DNA from: Chiloscyllium plagiosum
Taxonomy: Eukaryota
NCBI RefSeq assembly: GCF_004010195.1
Contig: NC_057719.1
Span: forward strand, 14,134,364-14,198,363
Direction: 5' to 3'
Length of the DNA: 64,000 nt
Shown here piece by piece: positions 1-11,369 of this stretch. The position numbers and the translations under genes were made by a program. Below the pieces are notes generated by a model that worked only from the letters and a program-made list of their open reading frames with translations, made no database searches and was not told the DNA's origin. Every line of letters begins with the position of its first letter. The stretch's first letter is position 1.

Positions 1-270
1 CAATCGGGTGTTCCCTGTCCCATATTTAATGGCTGCTCCTCGTATAAGTCCCCTTTCTTCCCCAGTAAATAGTATATTCAAAATAGACATTAACTCAGCC
101 CATGTATACAGACTGGGCCCCAAATATTGATCAATTTGTTCAGACAACCCCACTGGATCCTCAACCAGGACCTTCATTCCCTTTTTAAATGTTCTGACCT
201 CCCCACTAGTGAGGGGGGCACTTACAAACCCAATCTCTTTGTCCCCTATTGGTACCTCCAGAAGGGGATA
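1..270 (-). mobile_element. gag: Class I (gamma/epsilon-like) endogenous retrovirus gag capsid (Gag_p30-like) remnant; continues off the window edge
   Basis: Manual minus-strand translation gives PLLEVPIGDKEIGFVSAPLTSGEVRTFKKGMKVLVEDPVGLSEQIDQYLGPSLYTWAELMSILNILFTGEERGLIRGAA, which resembles the capsid N-terminus of non-mammalian class I ERV Gag (PLREVP..GFV..PL...EVR.FKK....EDP....YTW..L......LF..EER). Confidence 0.75.
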
Positions 271-1029
271 AGTCGTTACGTTCTTCCTTATTTTTTTTAA
301 AGAAATATTGCACTATTTCTAGCTCCCCATAACTTCAAACACCAATTCATGCTTGACTAACTTTTAAAGCCTGTTCCTAACTTGTAAATGTATTTATATA
401 TTTACGTTCATTTATTCAGTATTTAATATTTAAAATGTAAAATGCATACAGTTCCCAATTTTGAAATCCACTATAATCACCCAGTTTTAGTCCCTTAATT
501 TAAATCCAAAATTAGTTTTCTTAAGTAGTCCTAACCAATCGTTGCTCAATTACAATACTATAGGTCGTGAAATAATCAGAGCTGCCTTAAAAGAATTTGT
601 CTATTCAAGTTTAAAAAAAAACTCCTAACGCATGAACAATTACCGAATCCAAGGCCACAGATATTAACCATAGAATTTTGTTTTTACGACAATCTAATTT
701 GAACTGAAACTTCAACTGTCCTCCATAAATCGCTTTTATGTAAAGATAAAAGAGATTAGTTAGAAACTGATAGTAAGGCAGTCATGATCTATAAAAAGAA
801 CAGGAGTTATTCTTTTTTCTTCATAATCTCGATAGAATCCTTAACCTTAAAAGAAATCATGTTAAGTTACCATAATAAAAATCAGATTTAAAACAGTCCT
901 GGAAGTCAAGCTCCAGGGAATAAAACGCAAACATTCAATTACCAACAAACAAATGTTCATTCAAACCAAATCACAAAGGCTTAAACTTTCTACCAGCTGT
1001 ACAGCTCTTTGCATTCTCTCTCTCTCTCA

Positions 1030-1100
1030 TTCAGTGACATATAAATTCAGATATTTACAAACCCAGTCTTCGTCCGACCTGTACTTTGGCCAGAAGACAT
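1030..1100 (-). mobile_element. gag: ERV gag matrix-region remnant, probably the same provirus as 1-270
   Basis: Minus-strand FWPKYRSDEDWVCKYLNLYV resembles the WPK.GSDEDWVC..LN.YV motif I recall from class I ERV Gag N-termini. It lies upstream of the capsid fragment on the same strand. Confidence 0.55.
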
Positions 1101-3376
1101 CGGGACGAAGAATGGATTCTGGCCTCACAAGGCTGTTTGACCCCGCTGCAGGTCATTGTTAGGCATATTCTTTCTTCATCAGTATCTACTCTCTCCATCT
1201 GGGCCTCTCCCGAGGCCATTCCGATCCTTATGACCTCTTTAATTGGGGTTTGTTCCTGTGTCTCTGTAAAAGTGGGAAACAGATGTTTATACCTACTGTT
1301 TTTACAGGCGTATCTAGCTTAACTTCATCCCCTCACAACATCTCATCTATTTGCCCATAATATCTACCATTGTTTTGCAATCACGTTTCATGCTGGCATA
1401 CAATTTTAGCTAATACAAAAACAATTATATATTTCCTCCACATCGTTTCCATTCTTGTTGACTCAGCTCTTGGCTAAAACAATTACACACTGGTGCGAGT
1501 TCATTTACTTTTATATAATCAATTAGAATTGCAGAATTGCAGAATTGCAGAAGTAACATTAATTTACCTATATCCCACAGACTTCTGATGCGTGTTTACA
1601 GAGGATGCAGTCAGCATGCTGGACGTCCCCAAGGAAACGCAACACTGAACCTGTATGAGGAAGTCATTATGCTTGTTTTGTTCATGTAGTGAATTCCTAT
1701 TTCACCATTACCACGGTGGGATGCAAACCTATGTCTCCAAAACATTAGTTTGGGTTAATAGTCCCATTACCAATATGCCACCTTTTGTTAAATTTCTAAC
1801 ATGCTGCACAACTCTCTCCTAGCTATCCCTCATCAAATACCCTGTGCACGAGTCCTTTGCATTCTATCCCTTGGCAAATGCAAAGTCCTCAGTGATGCAT
1901 TTCTATGTTTGTATATACGCTTAATGCAGGTAGTCTTTGCAACATTTGGCTTAAGAATGCAGATCTGTGTTAACATAAGTAACTACTACTTGGTATGTGT
2001 AACCTTTCACCAATGGGAAGAGTGCTTATGGTATCCCCACAAATAATTAAACTTGTACTGTGTTGACTTATTATTGTTTCATATTATTGTGGGTATTGCT
2101 GATAAGGCCAGCGTATGTTGACCACCCCAATGACCCTTGAAATGAGGAGTGGTCAGCCATTTCAGAGAACAATTAAGTGTCAACTATATTGATGTCATTA
2201 AGGTGAAATTACATGAAGGTCAGACCTGTCTCACAGCCCTGTCCTAAAATAACATCTGAGAAGACATGCCCACATGCTTGAGATTGAAGGACTCGGAAAA
2301 GGCAAAAACGAAGTCCTGGAGAAACTCAGCAGGTCTGGCAGCATCTTTGCAGAGAGGAACAGATTTAATGTTTTGAGTCCACTATGGCCTGCAGGTCAGT
2401 CAACTTGTTCCCTATAACTGTAATGCCTTTATGGATCACTATATAATCATAGGATTTCCTGGAAGAATTGCAACAACAAGGAAATCCAGACTATTTAGGA
2501 GTTGAAAAGAAAAACACTGGAATGTTTCTCTTCACATCCTTCCGCAATTTAAACCCACCTGGGCAAGTATGAAAACTCAGGCTTACTGAGAGAGCAGATA
2601 CACATGGTTCAATGGTAATGATTATGGCTGGTCTATCAAAGATTGTCAATTTCCAGTTGCATGCATATACATCCTGACCAGCAGAATAAGGTGTGCAAGA
2701 TGATCACAGACTGCAGGAGATGGTTACAGAAGCGATGGGTTTACATAGAACTCAAATTCTGAAATACACTTAATTTTTTTTACTTTGCTGCTTATTTGTA
2801 TAAAGTGCTGAATCTGTTAATTTTCTCTTTCAAATCGTGACCAGTTGACCTCCTGGAGGCAGATAATAATTATTTTCTAAATACATTCTAAAAATACTTT
2901 TTTTTTGCTACGGGTGACTGCTTATTTGAAGAAAGTTCTGACTCTGTTGACTTTCTCTTTTGAACTATCCCATTTGACCTCTGAGTGTTAGATAGAAGTT
3001 AGTTTCTAAATCTCTGCTTAAAGCATTGATTTTGTAAGAATTTGTCTAAGCTCACAAAGTAGCATTGGTTAGAGGACCCAATGATACTTGCCAAGCACAG
3101 AATGTTGTGCTGCACACTGTGGACTTTGCAAGGAAAAAAGTAATTTAATTGCAAGGAAGTCATTTTGTTTGGACATCCGGGATATATCATTCACAGGCAG
3201 TCAAAGGTAAAAAAAAATGTTATTCCCCATTAAGTGTTTATGTGCAACTGCAGTTAACTGTGTCAACGACTTGTGAAAGGAGCTTCATGAATTTATTGTT
3301 GGAATGGTTCTTGATGGAATAATGATTGGAAACATTACGGCTGAATGACACAAGATGATAATAGAGGAGAAAGCCC

Positions 3377-3466
3377 CTGATGAAGGGCTTATGCCCGAAA
3401 TGTTGATTTTCCTGCTCCTCGGATGCTGCCTGACCTGATGTGCTTTTCCAGCACTAAACTCTCGAC
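3377..3466 (+). mobile_element. Penelope-like terminal repeat fragment with minimal hammerhead ribozyme motif
   Basis: CTGATGA(3377-3383)-AGGGC-TTAT-GCCC-GAAA(3397-3400)-TGTTG, followed by the repeat body GATGCTGCCTGACCTG..GCTTTTCCAGCA seen many times in the window. Confidence 0.7.
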
Positions 3467-4339
3467 ATGAAGATGACAAAAGAGTCAACATTTGGTTAGC
3501 TTTGTGGAGCAGAGTAAAGCTTTACTGAACTTTTGCAACACTGACATTTCAATAACATGCTTACTATGTCGTAATGATAACTTATTTCCATTTATAGCCT
3601 TTGCAATGTTTTCCAAACCTTAGTTCAGTCTTGTGACTACATCATGTGCAGTTAGAAATGACTTAGATGGCAATTGATCAGTAATTCCATTCAAAAAGTT
3701 TTGTTTTTCAATAACTTTTACAGGGCATTCTTTCATTGTGCATTATAACAACTGTGCGTCAACCTGTCATATCTACAGAGAAGCCTGCACTAATCCAGCT
3801 TCATAATTGGTTTTGGTCTCATGTTGTGCTATTGATATTTGCTGTTTGTTACCTGGGTGTACAGTTTTGGATAAAGGGCTAGAGGAAAGAGATTAGGGTA
3901 AACAAATGCAGAGAATGAAAAATCATCATAGATTTAAAATGTTAACTCTGTTTCTCTCTCCACGGCTGCTGCCAGACGTGTCGAGATTCTCCAGCATTCT
4001 CTCTGTTTGTTCCAGATTTCCATCATCCACAGCATTTTGCTTTTCTAAATGAATAGAGAGTAGATGGCTCCAGTTTGGGTTAGCAATGAGTGGCTTGCAT
4101 GACTACTGTTCATTGTGCACAAACACACCCAGCTCCCTGTCCTCCCTACTGTTTTAAAATTGGGTTGCCTTACTGTTCTTGTGTGTCTGCATTCTTCTTG
4201 CCATTCTTCTGTGGGACATTCTGAGCTGAATTCCCCCTGTCAAATGTTTGTCCAGACCATGAGCCTATTCACCTCACTGCTGCTTGTGGTAGTGAATTCC
4301 ACGTACTCCCCTCTCCCTCCCAGCCTCTCACCCTCTCAC

Positions 4340-5480
4340 CCAACCCATTCAATCTCCTTCCTATCGGAAAGATGTTGTGAAACTTGAAAGGGTTCAGAAA
4401 AGATTTACAAGGATGTTGCCAGGGTTGGAGGATCTGAGCAATAGGGAGAGGCTGAACAGGCTGGGGCTGTTTTCCCTGGACAGTCGGAGGCTGAGGGGTG
4501 ACCTTAAAGAGGTTCATAAAATTATGAGGGGCATGGATAGGGTATATAGGCAAAGTCTTTTCCCACCTTCCCGTGTGAATCTTCTTATCTGTATGTAACC
4601 AGAATGGAATGTGTTTTTTAGCCTTGCTCTGCTGTTCACATGAATGTTTATATCTGGAAAAGAGTATATCAGCTGGAAAAGTCTCCAGTTCGGTAGAGTC
4701 TGCTCCGGGGTTGCGTTTAACCGCCGAGCGTGGGTTGTTGGCAACCGCTCTACGAGAACTGACGGCTCCCAGTTCCGGTAACACGTAGAGTGAGTATAAA
4801 CCAGACCCGTTGTAAGTGCGAGACCTGGTTGTGGCGACGCTGCGGGGAATAAAACACTTATATTCTAGCAGACTCGCCTCTTGGCTGTTTGTTCTGTGTC
4901 AGACTACTTTCCTGCGAGCCTGGTCCTTGACCTTGAGAATTTTTTAAAACACCAACCCATTCAATCTCCTTCCTATCGGAAAGATGTTGTGAAACTTGAA
5001 AGGGTTCAGAAAAGATTTACAAGGATGTTGCCAGGGTTGGAGGATCTGAGCAATAGGGAGAGGCTGAACAGGCTGTGGCTGTTTTCCCTGGACAGTCGGA
5101 GGCTGAGGGGTGACCTTAAAGAGGTTCATAAAATTATGAGGGGCATGGATAGGGTATATAGGCAAAGTCTTTTCCCTGGGGTCGGGGAGTCCAGAACTAG
5201 AGGGCATAGGTTTAGGGTAAGAGGGGAAATATGTAAGAGAGATCTAAGGGGCAACTTTTTCACACAGAGGGTGATACGTGTATGGAATGAGCTGCCAGAG
5301 GAAGTGGTGGATGCAATATTTAAGAGGCATTTGGATGGGTATATGAATAGAAAGGGTTTGGAGGGATATGGGCCGGGTGCTGGCTGGCAGGTGGGACTAG
5401 ATTGGGTTGGGATATCTGGTCGGCTTGGACGGGTTGGACCGAAGGGTTTGTTTCCATGCTGTACATCTCTATGACTCTAT
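4340..5480 (+). mobile_element. CR1-clade LINE 3' end; its first 225 bp are duplicated (4340-4564 and 4952-5176) around an LTR-like insert
   Basis: ORF 4881..5474 gives RKDVVKLERVQKRFTRMLPGL...RLRGDL..V.KIMRG.DRV...FFTQRVIRVWNELPEEVV (CR1 ORF2 C-terminus) and a CTCTATGACTCTAT tail. The two 225-bp copies differ at one base that I could find. Confidence 0.9.
4594..4951 (+). mobile_element. Solo LTR-like element (~358 bp)
   Basis: Begins TGTAAC and ends AAAACA (TG...CA); TATAAA at 4795-4800 and AATAAA at 4848-4853; CpG-rich relative to its flanks. Confidence 0.6.
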
Positions 5481-7069
5481 AATTCCTGGCTCCTTTCTCC
5501 GATGGTTACAACCCTGGACTCAGGGAAACATACATTTGCAGTCGAGCAACTGAATTCCCTCGAGAAAACAAATTGAAATTTTCGGATGCTCTTGGTTGGA
5601 TCTCAACTTGGAGTAATATGCTCACATCAGGCATTAAAGGGAAAATGACATCTGGAGAATTTCAAAGCACCCTCCCCACACCGTTTATTGACAAATGATG
5701 TGTCAAATATAGATGTCACCAACACTCTGATGAGTGAGAGCTGTGTACGTTCATGACTTTTTCAAGATAAAAGCCCCAGCTATTTGGATAAAGTGGCTAA
5801 GCACTGGTTAGTCTGTCGTTGGACTACTGTGTTCCATTCTGGAATCCGCACTATAGGATGGATGTGATTGCACTGGAGAAGGTGCAGAGCAGATTTATCA
5901 GGATGTTGCCTGAGATGGAGAGTTTAAGATGTGAAGAGTGATTGGACAGCCTGGGGTTGTTTTCCTCAGAATAGAGAGGACTGATGTGGGGTCATGATTG
6001 AGGTTAATAAAATGATGAGGGTTATAGACAGTAACATAGAATTTTAGAAAATAGCTTTCAGACTTGCTCTGCACTTCAATATGATCATGGCTGATCATCC
6101 TACTCAATACCCTGCTCTTGCTTTTGCCCCACACCCTTTGATGCTTTGAGCTCCAAGATGAAGAGGCGTTAGTTTAAAGTAAGGAGTGTACAATTTCAAT
6201 GGATTTGAGGAAATTGTGTTCTGTCAGATAATAATCTGGAACTCGCTGAATGATGGCAGAGGTAGATGCACTTATAAAATTTGAGAAGTATTTAGAATGT
6301 ATACTTGCAATGCCATAGCATACAAGGCTATGGGCCAAGTGCTGGAAAATTGAATTAGAATAGTTTTTGACCAGTGCTGACTCAACATTTTTCTGTGCTG
6401 TAGACCTCAATGACTGGAGCATGTCCTTGGCTTGGAGCTCGGGTTCTGTTCCTCAATTCTAGACACAATTTAATAAGGTTTGTTGAGACTTTGTGCTCTC
6501 TGTGCAGCAACGACTCAACTTCACCGACACATCGTTGGCTGAAAAGAAAGAGTTTCAGGTTTGAGGTTCTGATTGCTATTTTGGAAAATGTTTATTTCAA
6601 ATCAGGCGCTGTGTTGCAATTCCAAGGTTCCATCACCATCCGTGTTGAGATAATGGAACGGTACGGTCACCACATCACTTTGACAAATATCAATGATGTA
6701 AAGAGATCTGGAGGCAAGGAGGGGAAAAGGCAATGAAATAACAATCAGCGATCATTACATTGAATAGCAAAGCAGGCTAGAGAGCCTAAATGACCTCTTC
6801 TGGTTCTTACAATCACCCTTACATTTCTCAGTTATTCAGAAACTCTGAAGAAAATACATTTTTGCTAAAGGCTGCATATAACAAACTGTTCCTACCCAAA
6901 TACTACTACTGACAATAGTGGTGGTATTCAAAACTCTGTGCTTTTTAGTGCAATAATTTAGCCAGAAGCCATATTGCGAGCGATCACATACCAAGGCAGT
7001 AAACTCCCTCTGCCTCAGTCTTTTTAAAAAATCCCTCTTGCCGTTCATTTTCAGTTTGAGTAGGTTAGG

Positions 7070-7490
7070 ATTGTTTTCGCTGGAGTTCAGATGAATGGTG
7101 GGGGAGTGTTGGATGGTGGGATCTCGAAGAAAGTTATGAAGTTCTAACAAGACTAGACACAGCAGATGCAGGGAGAATGTTCCCGATGGTGGGTCACAGT
7201 CTGAGGATCCAGGGTGGACCATTTAGGACAGAGCTGAGGAGACATTTCTTCACCCAGAGAGTGGTGAGCCTGTGGAATTCATTACCACAGGAAGTAGTTG
7301 ATTCCAAAACATTGAATGTATTCAAGAGGCAGCTGGATATACCACTTGGGGTGAATAAGATCAAAGGTTATTGAGAGGAAGCAGGATTAGGCTATTCAGT
7401 TGGACAATCAGCCATGATCGTGATAAATGGCGGAGCAGGCTCAAAGGACTGAAAGGCCTCCCTCTGCTCGTACCTTGTATGTTTCTATTT
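7070..7490 (+). mobile_element. CR1-clade LINE 3' fragment
   Basis: ORF 7177..7374 FRTELRRHFFTQRVVSLWNSLPQEVV..FKRQLD, followed by a typical CR1 3' UTR. Confidence 0.8.
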
Positions 7491-7700
7491 TAAAACAGCA
7501 CCACTTCCCACTGAGCATTTATACCACTGACCCTGGTCTGTTCTGATGCCTTTTTGCGACAAAGATTAAGGCAATGATACAGGGCGGCAAAATAAGACAT
7601 GGACCACACAAGTCCCCAACCTTGTACCAAATCCAGCTCTTCCCAGTTCAGTTTTTAGCGAACAGTTTTTTATGAATCCCAGCTCTGAGAGTTAGATTGT

Positions 7701-7706
7701 TTTATT
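7701..7706 (-). terminator. Polyadenylation signal AATAAA of the protease-like gene
   Basis: TTTATT on + at 7701-7706, about 290 nt downstream of the TAG stop at 7993-7995. Confidence 0.55.
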
Positions 7707-7992
7707 AATTGAATATTCACATTATTTCAAAAACAAAACAAGCATTCTGTTGCCGTTGCCTCTGTTTAATCTTTTTTGCTGCAAATAAAACTGACAATTG
7801 CGTTTAGCCTGACGTCTTTGTCCCGTTGTGAGGAGACCCACAGTTCTGAGGATGAGGAAGCGAGGGGTCCCAAATCGTGAGGGAGTGTGAGGAAATCAGA
7901 GTTTGTGGAAATTTGGAGGCAAATAAGATTCCATTCAGTCTGAAGCTCACCCCCACCCTGACAAATGGTGGATGTTTAGTGGAAGCTGCATT

Positions 7993-8837
7993 CTAAGAAT
8001 GTGTGGCAATGACCGAGTGTATCCAATGGAGGTAGCTGGACACGCGGGTGTACACCCCGTAGCGTCCTGGCCGTGCGCATCCAGTCCCCCAGGAGACAAT
8101 ACCCATCAGGTACCAGGCTCCCGAAGGCTGGTGAGGGACTAGGAAGCCCCCACCGGTGTCCCCACCACATGCATCCCTCCCGCCCTCTGGCAAACCAGCG
8201 CAGAACATGTTGTTGGTGACAGGCGGGCGCAAACCCCCAATTCGTGCCTCCTGGAAAGCCTGCTGGCAGTGCTGCTGTCTGACCAAAGGCAGTGTAACGT
8301 AGCGTAGCCGGTCGCGAAGGAAGAACCCCTCCTCGATTCCCCAGCCGGCCACAAAGCCCACAGTCCCTGGTTGGAGGAGGTCACCCTCCTTGTATCCCCC
8401 GGCCCCGCGTAGGGCAGGCAAACAGGCAGGCATAGCCCCCTCCTCCACTCCCTCGCTCCCGTTCCTCCTCAGCTTGATCAGGGCAATGTCATTGTCGAAA
8501 TCGTGCAGCTCCTCCACGAACCCTGGGTGCACCACAATCTTCTCGATCTCACGGCTCTTCCCTGCCAGGAGTGCCCGCAGGTTGGTGCTTCTCCCTGCCT
8601 GGCATGTCCGGATCCGGGTGACGTTGAGTTGGTGGGACAGCTCCGTCCGGGGGCCCCCTTTCGGGTAGAAGACATGGGCGGCTGTCAGCACCCAGCCCCC
8701 GCCGATCAGGGTGCCCCCAGCCCTCCCCCGACCGCTGGCCACCACCAGCACGTGCCACGGGAAGCTCCCCTCCTCTGCCAGCCTACCACCCAGGATCCGC
8801 TGCACCGTTGTCGCTGGGTTTGAAGGCCGCCCACAAA
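7993..8837 (-). CDS. Last coding exon: intron-less trypsin-fold (S1A) protease domain of the C1r/C1s/MASP/haptoglobin family, with catalytic Ser replaced by Thr
   Basis: Acceptor ctcgactttcacag, then phase-1 TT TGT GGG CGG = (V)CGRPSNPATTVQR|ILGG..GSFPW..WVLTAAHVFYPK..FDNDIALIKL..PACLP..GFVAGWG..LRYVTLPLV..NMFCAG..DACGGDTGG..GIVSWG.GC..YGVYTRV..YLHWI. The histidine-loop cysteines (C42/C58) are absent and the domain is in one exon, both hallmarks of C1r/C1s/MASP2/MASP3/Hp. Confidence 0.93.
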
Positions 8838-9959
8838 CTGTGAAAGTCGAGGAGAAGCAGAACGAGAGTCAGCGGCTGCGGTATGGAAAGATAGAAAGAA
8901 TTAGGGAGAGGGGGAATAAAAGCAGAGCTAGGGTGGTAGGTGTCTGGAATGTGTTGGCAGCAGAGGTTAATACAGGCATGGTGGATTCATTTAAGATGCA
9001 TCTGGACAGGTGCATGAGTAGGTGGGGAGCAGAGGGATACAAATGCTTAGGAATTGGGTGACAGGTTTAGACAGTAGATTTGGATCGGCTCAGGCTTGGA
9101 GGGCCATAAGGCCTGTTCCTGGGCTGTAAAGTTTCTTTGTTCTTTGTTATTTTCATCAGGTGTCATTACACAGGACTTGAGCACCTTTTCCCTATGTTTT
9201 CCCCCACCCTCATAGACCTTGTTATCACATGGGCTGCTACCACACACCACTCATTCTCAACCTCTAACAGTCCCCGCTGGCATAGTTGCCTTCCAAGCAG
9301 TTAACCTGAGTTCAATTCCTGACCATCACAAGGTTCCCATTTTCTTGTGGTGCTGAACTTTTTAACTTATTTCTTTATTTTTCTATTTCTCTAACTAAGA
9401 TTTTATAGCTAGATACATTGTACCTAAGATGGCACTTGTGGGGTGACATTGTACACTTTTCACTGTACTCTTGTACCCTGTGCAAGATAATAAAATGTAA
9501 ATCCAGAATCTAGTGGCTATTCTTTCCCCTAGACACACCGTTATCCACTCCTTTTTCTGTCCAACTGTTATTCTCTCTCTTTGAACTCTATCTCTACCTG
9601 TTGTTTACCCTCTTCCCTGCCACCCCACATCTCGTCTTCTGCATAAAACCATCCTTTTCCTTGCTGTCATCAGTTCCGAGACAGAGTCACTGGATCTGAA
9701 ACGTTTACTCTGATTTCTCTCCATACATGCTGCCAGACCTGCTGAGATTTTCCAGCAATTTCTGTTATTGTTTCAGATTTCTAACATCTGTCGTTCTTTC
9801 AGTTTTGTCCTTAACATCCTTGCTTGGATGAGAGCTCAGTCCAGTAGGAATCTTAGTTCGGCACAAAATTTATTTTGACATGAATTGTTGACTTGGCTTG
9901 ATTGACATCTGTAAGCTGTTAACCTAAGTTACATCTGAACCCGTGACTAGGAGGAATGT

Positions 9960-10060
9960 GCAGCAAGTCAAGAGTGTGGTGCTGGAAAAGCACAGCGGGT
10001 CAGGCAGCATCCAGTGAGCAGGAAAATCGATGTTTCAGGCATAAACCTTTCGTCAGGAAT
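9960..10060 (-). mobile_element. Penelope-like terminal repeat fragment with hammerhead motif
   Basis: Minus strand CTGACGA(10050-10056)-AAGGT-TTAT-GCCT-GAAA-CATC. Confidence 0.6.
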
Positions 10061-10469
10061 TTGCAGCAAGTAAGCATCACTATAAAGTTGACTGGGATGG
10101 TTATCCAGCAGTCAGCATCACTGTACAGCCAAGCGAGAGGTTGAGGGATGCACTAAAGCTGTTATCAGGGTGCAGTGGGGCAAGACCACTGTCTGAGGTC
10201 TTTCTGCTGAACTTAAGTGGGGATCTGTTCAGTTATCAGACTCTAGATGCCTCAAATGTACAGGTCATTCTGCTATAACACGTTTTGTTAATGTGAATTC
10301 ACTATAATGTGGTTGATGATTTGGGGACAATGTTTCTATCGTGTGAACTTACAAAGTGTGTTTTAGTTTTAACGTGATTCTGGACCCATTTGTTTAAATG
10401 GTGCTGCTATTACATGATTTTCTTATAACACGGGATTGCACAAGATTAGACCTACTGCATTACAGCAGA

Positions 10470-10826
10470 GGGGCTGTAGGTCATTCCTGAAGTAGGTCAT
10501 TCCTGAAGAAGGAGAAAGTGAGGTCTGCAGATGCTGGAGATCAGAGCCGGAGATGTGTTGCTGGAAAAGCGCAGCAGGTCAGGCAGCATCCAGGGAACAG
10601 GAGAATCGACGTTTCGGGCATAAGCGGGCTTATGCCTGAAACGTCGATTCTCCTGTTCCCTGGATGTTGCCTGACCTGCTGCGCTTTTCCAGCAACACAT
10701 TCCTGAAGAAAGGCTTATGCCCGAAATGTCGATTCTCCTGTTCCCTGGATGCTGCCTGACCTGCTGTGCTTTTCCAGCAACACATTTTCAGCTCTGATCT
10801 CCAGCATCTGCAGACCTCACTTTCTC
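10470..10826. mobile_element. Fold-back Penelope-like terminal-repeat insertion (inverted plus tandem copies) carrying hammerhead motifs
   Basis: GGAGAAAGTGAGGTCTGCAGATGCTGGAGATCAGAGC (from 10511) recurs as its reverse complement ending at 10827; inner inversion point about 10625; CTGAAGA..GAAA at 10703-10726; flanked by CTGCATTACAGCAGA at 10455-10469 and 10827-10841. Confidence 0.8.
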
Positions 10827-11369
10827 CTGCATTACAGCAGAACCGAATGCATGTAAATATAATCTTATAATAGTAAGAAATGCCTTTGGTTTGTTTATTG
10901 GATATAGTCCAACTCCAGTGTTTGATTTGTCTTCTTCATACGCTAATGCAAAGAACCAAACTGATTTAGTAAATATGCATTTTTTTATGAATAAAGTATA
11001 TGTTTGGAAAAAACACTGGGAGTAGTGTGCAGCAGTCAATATCACTATGCAGCTGGGAGAGTGGATCTGATGGGGACATCAGGCCATGAGTAAGGATAAG
11101 AGTTTTCTAGTCTGTAGTCTGTAAGGAATCCAGTCGGAGTGCAGCCAACCTGGTGGTAAACCTGGCAGGAGTGGAGCACCCCTGAGTGTCAATGTGGTGA
11201 GACCCAGCTCAAGCTCAGTCTGAGCAATAGTTAAACCCTAACGGAAAGCGCGCTCAAATTCAAATGACTGACCAAAATACCAAAAGTGCAAAGTCCTTGT
11301 CCACTTTAAGAGAAACAGTAAAAGTTCTAGCTTTTTAAAACAAAACTCAATTCATTTTCTGAAAGTAAA

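Noticed and set aside
4269..4784. 171-aa minus-strand ORF
   Set aside because: It is a chimera of antisense LTR-like and antisense CR1 sequence, with no gene features.
7993..8837. Naming the protease C1R, C1S, MASP2, MASP3 or HP
   Set aside because: It mixes features of several members and has a different architecture; orthology needs a phylogeny, so no symbol is given.
8139..9061. Several overlapping ORFs in other frames and strands
   Set aside because: They are shadows of the GC-rich protease exon.
10500..10830. CRISPR-like repeat array
   Set aside because: Eukaryotic context, no unique spacers and no cas genes; the repeats are transposon termini.
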